Assembly (NCBI GenBank): GCA_019057865.1
Contig: JAHLWP010000009.1
Coordinates: 68,046 to 132,045 of the forward strand
DNA length: 64,000 nt
Origin: Promethearchaeota archaeon
GTDB lineage: Archaea; Asgardarchaeota; Lokiarchaeia; Sigyniarchaeales; SOKP01
Direction: 5' to 3'
Shown here: positions 9,252 to 19,883 of the stretch, piece after piece
Numbering within the stretch: position 1 is the first letter of the stretch
Layout of the letters: each line of letters opens with the position of its first letter
The notes under the pieces: generated by a model
What the model saw: only the letters and a program-made list of their open reading frames with translations
What the model was told of the DNA's origin: nothing
The model's database searches: none
Position numbers and translations under genes: made by a program

Positions 9252-9815
9252 ATGTGGCTAGATAACATAGATAAGCAAATCATAAATGCATTATTTAATA
9301 AAGGTCGTGAAAGTTTAATCAGTATTGGTGAGAAGGTATTCAAACCAGATCAAGATATAATGAGTCATGCTGGAGTTAGAAAACGGATTGTAAAATTAGA
9401 GGATTCAGAAGTACTTAAAGTCCAAGGAAATATTAATATTAATGCTTTAAATTATCATGCCTGTTTGATTCTCTTAGAAATGAAAAACTATGAAGAAGTA
9501 AAAAAAATTATTAATGCATATTCTGATTGTCCAAGAGTTTTTTTATTAGCACATATTACCGGTCAATATAACTTATTAATGGGAATAATAGGGCAAAATG
9601 TAGATGTTTTGCATAGATATATAAATTATTGTGGTCCAACTAATAAAGAAGGCATATTACATTCAGAAATTTTTTTTATGTCTGAGTTTATAACCCCAAA
9701 ATTTTTACCTCTTAATCTTTTCAGCAAAAAGAGCCAGGAATCTAAGTGTGGAAATATATGTAAAGATTGTGAGGCTTTTTTAGATGGAAAATGTGATGGA
9801 TGTGGTAATTTTTAA
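9252..9815 (+). CDS. Lrp/AsnC regulator with C-terminal Cys cluster
   Basis: LDNIDKQII HTH, TGQYNL, tail CGNICKDC...CDGC. Confidence 0.85.
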   Translation: MWLDNIDKQIINALFNKGRESLISIGEKVFKPDQDIMSHAGVRKRIVKLEDSEVLKVQGNININALNYHACLILLEMKNYEEVKKIINAYSDCPRVFLLAHITGQYNLLMGIIGQNVDVLHRYINYCGPTNKEGILHSEIFFMSEFITPKFLPLNLFSKKSQESKCGNICKDCEAFLDGKCDGCGNF

Positions 9816-9856
9816 TAAAATTTTATATTTAACAGATTAAATATTTAAATCTTTAT

Positions 9857-9875
9857 AAGTTTCAAATTGAAACTT
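9857..9875. promoter_or_regulatory. Perfect 9-bp inverted repeat AAGTTTCAA-A-TTGAAACTT; candidate operator
   Basis: Read directly; next to TATA-like TTTAAA/TTTATAA upstream of the MarR-like gene. Confidence 0.5.
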
Positions 9876-10005
9876 TATATGAGATCTTGTTGCATACTGA
9901 AATTAAAAGTTAGAAAACTGTTTAAATTAGTCAAATTCGGTAAATATTAAATAAGAACATGCTTTTAAATAAATTGGGATAAACTTAAATTAATTAGCAA
10001 TTTGT

Positions 10006-10278
10006 TTGAAGCAAATTTTTATGATTGTTGAAGATAAGTACTATGTTACAGATTATAAGACAAAACAAGAATTATTTTCGTTATCTCCATCAAGTAAATT
10101 TATTTTATACATATTAAAACAAAGAGGACCCTTAAATCAAAAAGAAATTTCAAAGAAAACTCTTCTACCTAAACGTACAATTGCATATTCCTTAAAAAGA
10201 CTTCAAGAGTACGCCTTTATAAGAAAATATAAAGATATAAAAGATAAACGAGTAAGTTTCTTTGAAGTTTTAATTTAA
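10006..10278 (+). CDS. MarR-like winged-HTH protein
   Basis: LSPSSKFILYIL...LPKRTIAYSLKRL...DKRVSF. Confidence 0.8.
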   Translation: MKQIFMIVEDKYYVTDYKTKQELFSLSPSSKFILYILKQRGPLNQKEISKKTLLPKRTIAYSLKRLQEYAFIRKYKDIKDKRVSFFEVLI

Positions 10279-10386
10279 AAAATTGCTTTCAATTATGAAA
10301 ATGTAAAAAATTTTAAAATATAAAATTGAATATGTTCAATTTTTAATTGGTGCTTAGCGTAATTGGAATGCTAATTCGAAAATGAG

Positions 10387-10824
10387 TTAACTTCCCCTTA
10401 TTTTTTCAAGTAATAGACTTTTATCCTTGGTTTGAAATATAGAAAAAGTTCCTAATGCTTTTGAGACTAGTTGATTGTCATTTAAAATTTCTGATTCTAA
10501 TGTAGCAATTTTTTTCCCAATATTGATTACTTTTGTATTACATGTAAGGACGCCTGATTTAACGCTTTTAAAGTAATGAATTTTAATTTCTATAGTTGCA
10601 CATAATTCATCTTTTTCTAAATGTGAAAAAAGAGCAGCGCCCATACCAGTATCGGCCATTGAGTAGATTACACCGCCATGTATAACCATATGAGGGTTAA
10701 ATAACTTCTCATTGACATCAAGAACACATTGAGAATAACCTTTATGGGACTTTGTGAACTTTAATCCTATAAGCTCCCCAAAAGGATGAAATCCTTTCAT
10801 ATTAAAGGGAGATTTTTCTGTCAT
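10387..10824 (-). CDS. PaaI family thioesterase
   Basis: NPHMVIHGGVIYSMADTGMG. Confidence 0.93.
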   Translation of the reverse strand: MTEKSPFNMKGFHPFGELIGLKFTKSHKGYSQCVLDVNEKLFNPHMVIHGGVIYSMADTGMGAALFSHLEKDELCATIEIKIHYFKSVKSGVLTCNTKVINIGKKIATLESEILNDNQLVSKALGTFSIFQTKDKSLLLEKIRGS

Positions 10825-10901
10825 GTTAAATCAAAATCATTTAAAATTTAAGAATATTTATCATAAATTAATTAGAAAATAACTGAAAGTGGAGATTTAT
10901 T

Positions 10902-12119
10902 ATATCTATTTTATTTAAACCAACGAAAATTGGACAAATGGAAGTTAATAATAAATTTGTGCGGTCAGCCACAATAGAAAATCTAGCAAAAGAAGATGGC
11001 GAGGTAACTGAAAAACTTATAAAACTTCATAGTACACTAGCAAAGGGAGAAATCGGATTAATCATTCCAGGATACATGTATATTCACCCTTTAGGTCAGG
11101 CATATAAATATCAAACAGGAATATATAAGGACGATTTGATTCCTGGCCTAAAAAAGATTGTTGATGCCATACATAAAGAACAAGGGAAGGTAGCATTTCA
11201 GCTAGTACATGCTGGTTTGCAAACATTTAATAGATTAGTAGGAACAACTCCAGTCGGACCCTCTGGAGATATAATAAATCCTGTTTCAATGGATTATTCA
11301 AGAGAAATGACTGAAGAAGATATTCAAGAATCTATAGAAGCTTTTGTCCAAGCTGCAAAACGTGTAGTTGAAACTGGTGCAGATGCAATCCAATTACATT
11401 CTGCTCATGGATATTTAATCAATCAATTTCTATCTCCTTTTTATAATCGCAGGCAAGATGATTGGGGTGGTTCTGATGAAAAACAATTTCGATACTTGAA
11501 AGAGATTATAACTAAAACCAAAAAAGTATTACCGGCAAATATGCCTCTTTTAATAAAATTAAATACCAATGATTATACTCCAACTGAAGGTATAACTCCA
11601 CTATTAGCAGCAAAATATTCTGAGTGGTTAGTAAAACTAGGAATTGACGCTATTGAAATAAGCTGTGGTTCAGCAGTTTACGCTATATTTAACATGTGCC
11701 GGGGAGAGGTTCCCGTGCAAGAAATTGTACAAGCTGTTCCAGATTATATGAAAACACTGACAGAACAGATATATCAATATATGGTTGGAAAATATGATTT
11801 TAAGGAAGGATATAATCTTGAAGCGGCAAAAGCGATTAAACCTGTTATGGGAGATATACCATTAATCCTTGTAGGTGGTTTAAGAAATAAAGCCTTAATG
11901 GAAGAAATAATTGGAAAAAAGTATGTTGATTTAATATCCATGGCACGTCCCTTTATCAGGGAGCCTTTACTTGTAAAAAATTTTAAGGAAGGGAAGCAAG
12001 ATAAGGCGGCATGTATTTCTTGTAATCGATGTCTTGCTGCTATACCAAACAATTTTCCAATTCGATGTTACGTAAATAAATTTCCAGAAAAAAAGAAACC
12101 TACTACTTATTTTCCATAA
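10902..12119 (+). CDS. NADH:flavin oxidoreductase (Old Yellow Enzyme family)
   Basis: QLVHAG, QLHSAHGYLINQFLSP, MARPFIREP, CISCNRC. The conserved N-terminus SILFKPTKIG lies upstream of ATG 10938, implying an ATA start at 10902. Confidence 0.92.
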   Translation: MSILFKPTKIGQMEVNNKFVRSATIENLAKEDGEVTEKLIKLHSTLAKGEIGLIIPGYMYIHPLGQAYKYQTGIYKDDLIPGLKKIVDAIHKEQGKVAFQLVHAGLQTFNRLVGTTPVGPSGDIINPVSMDYSREMTEEDIQESIEAFVQAAKRVVETGADAIQLHSAHGYLINQFLSPFYNRRQDDWGGSDEKQFRYLKEIITKTKKVLPANMPLLIKLNTNDYTPTEGITPLLAAKYSEWLVKLGIDAIEISCGSAVYAIFNMCRGEVPVQEIVQAVPDYMKTLTEQIYQYMVGKYDFKEGYNLEAAKAIKPVMGDIPLILVGGLRNKALMEEIIGKKYVDLISMARPFIREPLLVKNFKEGKQDKAACISCNRCLAAIPNNFPIRCYVNKFPEKKKPTTYFP

Positions 12120-12159
12120 TTTTGTTATATGAATAACATTGTGTAAACTTTTTTTAATA

Positions 12160-13008
12160 TTAATCGAAGGCTTTTAGTATCTCATCAAAACGTTCTTTCA
12201 CTTTTTCCTTTAAAATATCATCTTTATGAGTCAGAATATAGAATTTACCTTCTTTTATACCTTGAAAAATTTTATCTGCTACGGTTTCAGGCAGTATAGG
12301 TGGAGATTTATCAAAGAGTTCTTGAAATAATCCTGCTGAATATTCTACTTTAGAATCCTCAATTTCTTTATTTGGCTCATTTTGAAATTCTGTTGGACGA
12401 TTTCTATTTATCCTGAAAATTCTTGTGTGAACCCAACCGGGGCACGCTACAGCAACTTTAACTTTAGCCTTCATTTGGTCTAATTCAGTTCTTAATGTTT
12501 CACTTAATGAAATAATGCCATGTTTAGATACTCCATAGATTGCACCACCGGGACCTGAACCGGATATTAATCCTTCTATTGATGCTATATTTACTATAAG
12601 ACATTCTTGATCTTGCTTCAACATTATGGGTATAAATATTCGTATTCCATTAATTACACCAAAAAGATTTACTCCAAGTTGCCATTCCCAATCCTTCAAT
12701 GTATAATTCCATGTATATTTGGCATTACTAACACCCGCATTATTGAATAACAAATGGACTTCTCCAAAAGTATTAATTGTTTTAGCAGCCAACATTTCAA
12801 TATCTTTAGGTTTAGAGACATCTGTTACAACTGTTAATACTTCCGCTCCTGCTTTATTTAACTTTCTTTCGGCTCTTTTTAAAGCTCTTTCATCTATATC
12901 GGCGAGAACTACCTTCATTCCTTCTTCAACACATTTATTTACTAATGCAAGACCTATTCCGCTACCAGCTCCAGTAATTACTGCCACTTTGCTTTTAAAA
13001 TCTTTCAT
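12160..13008 (-). CDS. Short-chain dehydrogenase/reductase
   Basis: TGAGSGIG, NNAG, YGVSK. Confidence 0.93.
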   Translation of the reverse strand: MKDFKSKVAVITGAGSGIGLALVNKCVEEGMKVVLADIDERALKRAERKLNKAGAEVLTVVTDVSKPKDIEMLAAKTINTFGEVHLLFNNAGVSNAKYTWNYTLKDWEWQLGVNLFGVINGIRIFIPIMLKQDQECLIVNIASIEGLISGSGPGGAIYGVSKHGIISLSETLRTELDQMKAKVKVAVACPGWVHTRIFRINRNRPTEFQNEPNKEIEDSKVEYSAGLFQELFDKSPPILPETVADKIFQGIKEGKFYILTHKDDILKEKVKERFDEILKAFD

Positions 13009-13050
13009 AATTGTCTACCATAATTTTTATAATTTAATATTTTTAAGATA

Positions 13051-13947
13051 TTATTTATAATCATCAATATTTATCCCAAATTTTAAAAAATGTTCTTTTG
13101 TTGTCTTTAGAGCATTCTCATTATAGTCTATTAAGAATTTTTCATATAATTGAGGATTTGCTTTTAAAGATAGAGGTATTAAAACGCTTCTCATATCGTA
13201 TACATATAATTGATCCTTCTTTATCCCCCTTATGTATCTCTTTACAGCTTTATCTGGCGACATTGCACTTTTACTAATTTCATCTAAAAATGAACGATAA
13301 ATCTTCTCTATCTTATCTTCACCATAAGCATCTATTAATTTTTTAGAGTATTTTACTTTAGCATTAGAAAAGATATTTGTTCTTACGTATGAAGGAATTA
13401 CTACTGAAACTTTTATATTTTGACTATATAGTTGACCAAAAAGTGCTTCTGAGAGTCCTACAACTGCAAATTTCGAAGTAATATAGGAGGCAGGTTCTGC
13501 TGACCCAAAAACACCCCTCCCAGAAGCAACATTCACAATATGTCCCGAGTGCTTATTATACATGTGGGGCAAAAATATTTTAAGGGAATGAATAATGCTC
13601 CACAAATTTGTGTCAAGTAATCTTTTCCAATCTTCTAATTCAAGTTCTATTATATCTCCTCCGATTGCAGTCCCTGCATTATTGATTAATAAGTCAAGTT
13701 CTTTTAACTCTGAGAAAAAATCTTTGGAAATTTTTTCCCAATCACTAAATTTAGCAACATCACATTTTCCGGTATATATTTTTACTCCGATTTTATCGAT
13801 TTCCTCTTTTACTCTTTTTAAATCCTCCATATTAATATCAGAAATAAATAGGTTCATTCCTTCATTTGCTAAAGCTATAGCAAACGATCGCCCTATTCCA
13901 CTAGCAGCTCCAGTAATAAAACAATTCTTTTCTTCCAAATCTTTCAA
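13051..13947 (-). CDS. Short-chain dehydrogenase/reductase
   Basis: TGAASGIG, NNAG, YITSK. TTG 13947 aligns with the neighbour's MKD start. Confidence 0.93.
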   Translation of the reverse strand: MKDLEEKNCFITGAASGIGRSFAIALANEGMNLFISDINMEDLKRVKEEIDKIGVKIYTGKCDVAKFSDWEKISKDFFSELKELDLLINNAGTAIGGDIIELELEDWKRLLDTNLWSIIHSLKIFLPHMYNKHSGHIVNVASGRGVFGSAEPASYITSKFAVVGLSEALFGQLYSQNIKVSVVIPSYVRTNIFSNAKVKYSKKLIDAYGEDKIEKIYRSFLDEISKSAMSPDKAVKRYIRGIKKDQLYVYDMRSVLIPLSLKANPQLYEKFLIDYNENALKTTKEHFLKFGINIDDYK

Positions 13948-14163
13948 AATTTTCACTTTTGTTTTGTAAATTTTATTGGATTTTATGTGATTTAGTATGA
14001 TTAATATTTAACAATTTTTAAATATAAAATGAAAACCTAATCATATTGACAAAAAGACTTTTAAATATTTAAAATCAATTTATCTATTACTGAGTTGATT
14101 TGCAATTCATATCAATTCTAAAAATTTTCAAATTATTATTAAAAAATATCGGAGGAAATTTAC

Positions 14164-15864
14164 ATGAAAGATTATTCAGATTGGGAACCGATCCCAGATT
14201 ATGAGAATCAATCTCCCTATATAGAAAATACCAATCGTCCATGGTTAAAATTAAGACCAGATTATATAGCAAAAACGCTAAAATTTGAGCCTATACCTAT
14301 TCATGAGCTCATTAAACGAAGAGTGGTGGATTATCCTAATAATGTTTGTGTATATTACAAACCTACTGATAAGAAGTATACTTATCGTGAAATGATCTAT
14401 ACATCAGATAAGATCGCAAATGCATTATATGTATTGGGTGTGAAAAAGGGAGACGCTGTAGGGATTATGACAGGTAATTGTCCTGAATTTTTATTTTGTT
14501 GTTTAGGAATTATGGAAACTGGTGCAACAGTGGTTCCAATAAATCCTCTTCTTAAGGAAGCAGATGTAACTCACATTATTAGAGATGCTGGAAATATAAA
14601 CACTATTTTTATACATAAAAATAATTTTAGAACAATTAAAAAGGTTAGAAAAGAAATTGAATTGGAAAATGTGATTCTACTTCGAGCTGAAGAAACAAAA
14701 CCTGAAACAATTACTTTAGAAGAATTCATCAATGGTAAAGCACCTAGACCTCCTGAAGTGGATATAGATCCTGTTAATGACATTGCAGCATTGCTATATA
14801 CAGGTGGTACTACAGGGCTACCTAAAGGAGTGATGCTAACTCATAACAATATTGTGGCTGATGCTCTTTGTACATTATATAATATGCGTGAATCGAGAGA
14901 TGATGCAGATGTTGTCTATGGAGAATTAGTAAGTCTCACAGTTCTACCTATATGTCATTCTTTTGGTTTTCAAGTCTTAATTATGAATTCAATTATGGTT
15001 TCAATGCTAGTAATGTTTGAGTCTTTTAATCCTTCTGAAGTCTTAGAAGCAATTGAATACTATAAATGTACTATGTTTATAGGTGTACCAGTTATGTTTC
15101 AAATGCTAGTCAATTCCCCTGATTTTACAGAGCGCGATCTTTCAAGCTTTGAGTCAGCGACTTCTGGTTCAGCAGCATTGGCTCCGGAATTAAATAAAAG
15201 GTGGGAAGAAGTTGTTGGATTTAAAGTTGGTCAAGGATTTGGGCTAACTGAGACATCACCAGTTACTCATCACCAACCAGATTGGTTGCCTGAGATAAAA
15301 GCAGAAAGTATTGGTGTTCCTATTATTGATACAGACGCGAAAATCGTAAATCCAGATACCTTAGAAGAGCTTCCTCTAGGAGAAGTAGGAGAATTGTTAA
15401 TTAGAGGTCCCCAAGTAATGAAAGGATATTGGAAAAGACCTGAAGAAACAGAGAAAACATTTGTAAAAGGTGATTGGTTAAGAACAGGCGATTTAGCAAG
15501 AATAGATGAGCAAGGCTACTTCTATATTGAAGGACGGACAAAAGATATCATTAAATATAAAGGCTATAAAGTAATGCCTCGTGAAGTGGAAGAAAAATTA
15601 TATGAACATCCAGCTATATTAGATGTAGGCGTAGTATCTGCTCCTGATCCGAACGTTGGGGAGACTATTAAAGCTTATGTAGTGCTTAAGCCAGAATTTA
15701 AAGATAAAATTACCGAACGAGATATCATTGAATGGTCAAAAGAAAAATTAGCAGGTTATAAATACCCACGACAAATAGAATTTATTAATATATTGCCACG
15801 TACTACTGTTGGTAAAATATTTCGAAGAAAGTTAAGAGAAAGAGCATTAAAAAAAGAATATTAA
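14164..15864 (+). CDS. fadD: Long-chain fatty acid--CoA ligase (ANL superfamily)
   Basis: YTGGTTGLPKG, GFGLTE, WLRTGD, PRTTVGK. Confidence 0.9.
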   Translation: MKDYSDWEPIPDYENQSPYIENTNRPWLKLRPDYIAKTLKFEPIPIHELIKRRVVDYPNNVCVYYKPTDKKYTYREMIYTSDKIANALYVLGVKKGDAVGIMTGNCPEFLFCCLGIMETGATVVPINPLLKEADVTHIIRDAGNINTIFIHKNNFRTIKKVRKEIELENVILLRAEETKPETITLEEFINGKAPRPPEVDIDPVNDIAALLYTGGTTGLPKGVMLTHNNIVADALCTLYNMRESRDDADVVYGELVSLTVLPICHSFGFQVLIMNSIMVSMLVMFESFNPSEVLEAIEYYKCTMFIGVPVMFQMLVNSPDFTERDLSSFESATSGSAALAPELNKRWEEVVGFKVGQGFGLTETSPVTHHQPDWLPEIKAESIGVPIIDTDAKIVNPDTLEELPLGEVGELLIRGPQVMKGYWKRPEETEKTFVKGDWLRTGDLARIDEQGYFYIEGRTKDIIKYKGYKVMPREVEEKLYEHPAILDVGVVSAPDPNVGETIKAYVVLKPEFKDKITERDIIEWSKEKLAGYKYPRQIEFINILPRTTVGKIFRRKLRERALKKEY

Positions 15865-16016
15865 CCAAAAATAAGGATAAATTCCTTTTTTATTGTTATC
15901 AAAAATATAAAAAGTAAAATTATACTTTTATACTTCTTAAGCAGAAATTATATTTTACTTTCATCTATTATTATTATTAATTAATAATTGGAATTAAATT
16001 CAAAAGGTTAAATGAA

Positions 16017-17897
16017 ATGACAAATGGTTTTTTTGGCAAAATATTATGGTTTGATCTTACTGAAGAATCATTTAGAGAAAGTCAATTACCAGATGAGATT
16101 TTTCGCCAATATTGGGGAGGATATGGATTAGCAGCAAAATTGATTTATGAAAATATGCCTAAAGGAACTGATCCTTTAGGACATGAGGCAATTTTTGGAT
16201 TTTTTCCTGGATTATTAACAGGAACGGTAGCACCATTATCTGGTAGATGTATGGTTGCAGGTAAATCGCCTTTAACAGGTACTTGGGGTGATGCAAACGT
16301 TGGTGGATTCATTGGGTCAGAGATTAAAAAATGTGGATATGATGCTATTTTATTTAAAGGAATTGCTAAAGCTCCAAAATATATTACAATTATAGATGGA
16401 GAAATACAAATACTCGATGCTTCTGATTTATGGGGTTTAGATACATTTGAAACTGAGCAAAAATTAATTGAAAAACATGGCAATGTTAAAATCGCTAGTA
16501 TTGGTCCAGCCGGTGAAAAACTTTCTTTAATATCTAGTATTGTTTGCGATAAATTTCGAGTTGCTGCTCGATCTGGTTTTGGTGCTGTTATGGGTTCTAA
16601 AAAACTAAAAGCTTTAGCTCTTAAAGGAAATAAGAAGATAAGCGTTGCTGATAAAAGTGAACTACTAAAATATACCAAAGAGTTTAATACTAAAGCTAGA
16701 AATGATCAGAGTGGTGCAATGTATACATATAGAACATTAGGATTACCATTCCTTAATGTTTCAACTGGATTGTCTGGAGATGCTCCTATTAAGAATTGGG
16801 GGGGATATTACATGAGAGATTTTCCCATAGATAAGCTCAATAAGATATCAGCAGCAGAAATTAATAAATACAAGCAAAAGGATTTTGGATGCTTCTCATG
16901 TGTAGTTCAATGTGGAGCTATTATGAAAGTTCCTGAAGCCAATTTAGAAGAAACTCATATTCCAGAATATGAAACTTGTGCTGCTTTCGGTCATATGCTA
17001 CTAAATGATAGTTTAATCTCTTTATTTATATTAAATGATTTATGTAATCGTGCTGGCATAGATACTATTTCTGTTGGAGGAACAATTGCTTTTGCCATTG
17101 AATGTTATGAAAATGGATTGATCAGTAATAATGATACTGATGGGCTTGAATTAACATGGGGAAATTCAGAAACAATCATCGAATTAGTAAAAAAAATTAT
17201 AAAACGTGAAGGAATAGGTGATATTTTAGCTGATGGTCCAAAGAAAGCATCTGAAAAGATAGGTAGGGGTAGTGAAAAATATGCAATTCATTCTTTAGGG
17301 CAACCACTTCCAATGCATGACCCAAAGGTTTATAAATCTTTTGGTCGTACATATGCTTTTGAACCTACGCCAGGACGACATACAGCATCTAGCTTAGATC
17401 ATTTTGTAACAGGATTAATGAGGAATAACAAATTTATAAAAGAATTTATTCTACCAAAAGGTTATAGAAAATCTCAGAGTGATGCTAGATATGAAGCTAT
17501 GAAAATGTGTGCAGGTCTTCATCAAAGCTTGAGTTCACTTGGAATTTGTTTTTTCACATACTGGTTTCAAACGTATCCTTTAATCGAATTAATTAAAACT
17601 ATAGTTGGTTGGGATCTCTCTATTGAAGAGATTATAAAAATAGGATTACGGATTCAGACCGTAAGACAAGCATTTACTATAAGAGAGGGTGTTATTCTAG
17701 CAAAAAATGAGTTGCCAGGAAGGGCAATTGGGAATCCACCATTCGAAGATGGACCTCATAAAGGTAGAACAATTGATTATAAACCAGACTATAAAGGATA
17801 CTGTGAAAAAATGGGTTGGAATCCAGAAAATGGATACCCTTTAAAAGAAACACTAAATGACCTAAATTTGGATTTTGTTATAAAGGACCTCTATTAG
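16017..17897 (+). CDS. aor: Aldehyde:ferredoxin oxidoreductase family
   Basis: KSPLTG, IGPAGE, GAVMGSKKLKA, CFSCVVQC, PEYET, DTISVG, PMHDP. Confidence 0.95.
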   Translation: MTNGFFGKILWFDLTEESFRESQLPDEIFRQYWGGYGLAAKLIYENMPKGTDPLGHEAIFGFFPGLLTGTVAPLSGRCMVAGKSPLTGTWGDANVGGFIGSEIKKCGYDAILFKGIAKAPKYITIIDGEIQILDASDLWGLDTFETEQKLIEKHGNVKIASIGPAGEKLSLISSIVCDKFRVAARSGFGAVMGSKKLKALALKGNKKISVADKSELLKYTKEFNTKARNDQSGAMYTYRTLGLPFLNVSTGLSGDAPIKNWGGYYMRDFPIDKLNKISAAEINKYKQKDFGCFSCVVQCGAIMKVPEANLEETHIPEYETCAAFGHMLLNDSLISLFILNDLCNRAGIDTISVGGTIAFAIECYENGLISNNDTDGLELTWGNSETIIELVKKIIKREGIGDILADGPKKASEKIGRGSEKYAIHSLGQPLPMHDPKVYKSFGRTYAFEPTPGRHTASSLDHFVTGLMRNNKFIKEFILPKGYRKSQSDARYEAMKMCAGLHQSLSSLGICFFTYWFQTYPLIELIKTIVGWDLSIEEIIKIGLRIQTVRQAFTIREGVILAKNELPGRAIGNPPFEDGPHKGRTIDYKPDYKGYCEKMGWNPENGYPLKETLNDLNLDFVIKDLY

Positions 17898-17968
17898 ACC
17901 AAATTTTAAATCTAATTTTTTTATAAATAATCATCACAGTCTAATCTTCAAATATTTAAACGATTATT

Positions 17969-18889
17969 TTAAAGACTTTTTTGTTCATGAATCTTCAATT
18001 GAGAGGATTGATTTATAACTATGTATGCATTCCGTTTCCATAATTTCAATGAAATTAAAGCGATTGAGATTAATAATACTGGATATATTATTATTTCTAA
18101 CAAAGAGGGATTCGCATTGTAGCCAAATAAAGCTTTCATTAATGAACCTATAATCTCAAGCCACTCTGGAGTCGCTGGATTACCGTCAGGGAAACTTTCT
18201 GGTAAAATATGTTTAATATTCCACACATCTTCTATAATTGGATTTACAACACCTGCTTCTATAAGCTCATGTATTCCATATGTAATCAAACCAGCTGCAA
18301 ATAAAATTAAAACTACGTTAGAAATTTTAAAGAATTTTGATAGATTAATGGTTTTAACGCCATAGAAAATTACTAACCCTATTCCAACTGAAATGACTAA
18401 GCCAATAGAAGATCCTAATATAACTCCTGCTTGATTTAGAGATCCTACTGAAGTGGCTCCAACCAGTAAAAGTACTAATTCTATTCCTTCTCTTACAATT
18501 ATTATAAATGTAAGAATAGAGATTGATATTATCTTTCCTGTTTCAATTGAAAACTCAACTTTTTCTTCTAAATTTTTTTTCATTTTCGGACCTTCTTTAC
18601 TCATCCATAAAATTAACGTTATAATGAAAGCTCCAGAAATTATGAAAGTATATCCCTCAAAAGTTTCTTCAAGAGTTCCGCTAAATCCGCCCAGTATTAG
18701 TAAAAAAATAATTGCAAATACAATACTTGAAATAATTGCTAGAATACTTCCAATGAATACATACTTGTAATAAAATCGCTGATCTGAATTCTTTAGATAT
18801 AAAAGTATTATAACTATTACTAATATTGCTTCTAATCCTTCACGAAAAGCTAAGAATGTTGGAATTAATACATCAACTAGTGAAACCAA
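17969..18889 (-). CDS. FTR1/EfeU iron permease
   Basis: Two REGxE motifs (FREGLE, VREGIE) and multiple TM helices. Confidence 0.93.
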   Translation of the reverse strand: MVSLVDVLIPTFLAFREGLEAILVIVIILLYLKNSDQRFYYKYVFIGSILAIISSIVFAIIFLLILGGFSGTLEETFEGYTFIISGAFIITLILWMSKEGPKMKKNLEEKVEFSIETGKIISISILTFIIIVREGIELVLLLVGATSVGSLNQAGVILGSSIGLVISVGIGLVIFYGVKTINLSKFFKISNVVLILFAAGLITYGIHELIEAGVVNPIIEDVWNIKHILPESFPDGNPATPEWLEIIGSLMKALFGYNANPSLLEIIIYPVLLISIALISLKLWKRNAYIVINQSSQLKIHEQKSL

Positions 18890-18963
18890 TTAAATCATCT
18901 CATATTTATTCATAATCTTAATTTTTATTCTATGATCTATCAAAAAATTATTAATAATAAGCT

Positions 18964-18977
18964 TTAGGCTTATCTAA
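18964..18977. promoter_or_regulatory. Candidate DtxR/IdeR-type metal box TTAGGCTTATCTAA
   Basis: Imperfect palindrome about 75 bp upstream of FTR1, resembling TTAGG-N4-CCTAA boxes. Confidence 0.4.
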
Positions 18978-19149
18978 TATAAGTGATTTTTTTGTTAGAA
19001 AAATAATTCAATTCGCCATTTCTATTAATATAAAGAAACATAAATTTAAAAAAGAAATGATAGAATAGCTAATTATACTATTTTGATTATTCTTTCATAA
19101 GATAATGATATAAATTGGTAAAATCAGAAAATTTTTAATTGAATTTGAT

Positions 19150-19818
19150 TTGAACAGAATAATGGATTTTATTATACTTTTTTTAACCTTCGGGATCTTA
19201 TTTCTTGGAGAATTAGGAGATAAAACTCAATTAATTGTTTTTAATCTTGCTTTAGAATATAAAAAATTTTATAAAGTTGGAATAGGAGTTACAATTGGTT
19301 TTGCGATAATTGTAACAATTGGAGTAGTTTTTGGAATAATTATAACACGTTTTATTCCACTCTCTATAATTTCTTTAGTGTCTGCAATAATATTTATTTT
19401 AATCGGAATTTTGGAAGCTCGTTCTTTGAAAAAGCTCTATTTAGAAAAAAGAATATCAAAATCTGGAGAAAAATCGACAATAGGAGTTGAAATTGATGAA
19501 AATGAAGGTACAAATAATTTTAAAAATAAATTTGTAAAATTAAGAAGAAATCCCTATTTAGCAGGATTTATTTTCATATTCTTAATGGAGTTAGGGGATA
19601 AAACTCAAATTTTAACAATTACATTGGCTTCTCGATATCCTCATCCAATTGAAGTTTGGTTGGGTTCATTTTTCGCTCTTATATGTGTAGCATGGATCGG
19701 CATTCTCTTTGGGGCAATAATAGCTAGAAAAATATCAAAATTTTATCTAAAACTAATTTCCTCATCTGTTTTTATAATTATAGGATTTTTAACTTTAATA
19801 ACATCAATACTTACTTAG
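19150..19818 (+). CDS. TMEM165/GDT1 (UPF0016) Mn/Ca transporter
   Basis: Two ELGDKTQ motifs. Confidence 0.95.
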   Translation: MNRIMDFIILFLTFGILFLGELGDKTQLIVFNLALEYKKFYKVGIGVTIGFAIIVTIGVVFGIIITRFIPLSIISLVSAIIFILIGILEARSLKKLYLEKRISKSGEKSTIGVEIDENEGTNNFKNKFVKLRRNPYLAGFIFIFLMELGDKTQILTITLASRYPHPIEVWLGSFFALICVAWIGILFGAIIARKISKFYLKLISSSVFIIIGFLTLITSILT

Positions 19819-19883
19819 GAAAAAAAAGGAAAAATAATATAATTTAGACATTATAATTTTATACTTTAATAAATAAAGTAATT

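Noticed and set aside
10322-10343. 9-bp inverted repeat AAAATTGAA-TATG-TTCAATTTT
   Set aside because: AT-rich and between convergent genes; at most a terminator-like hairpin.
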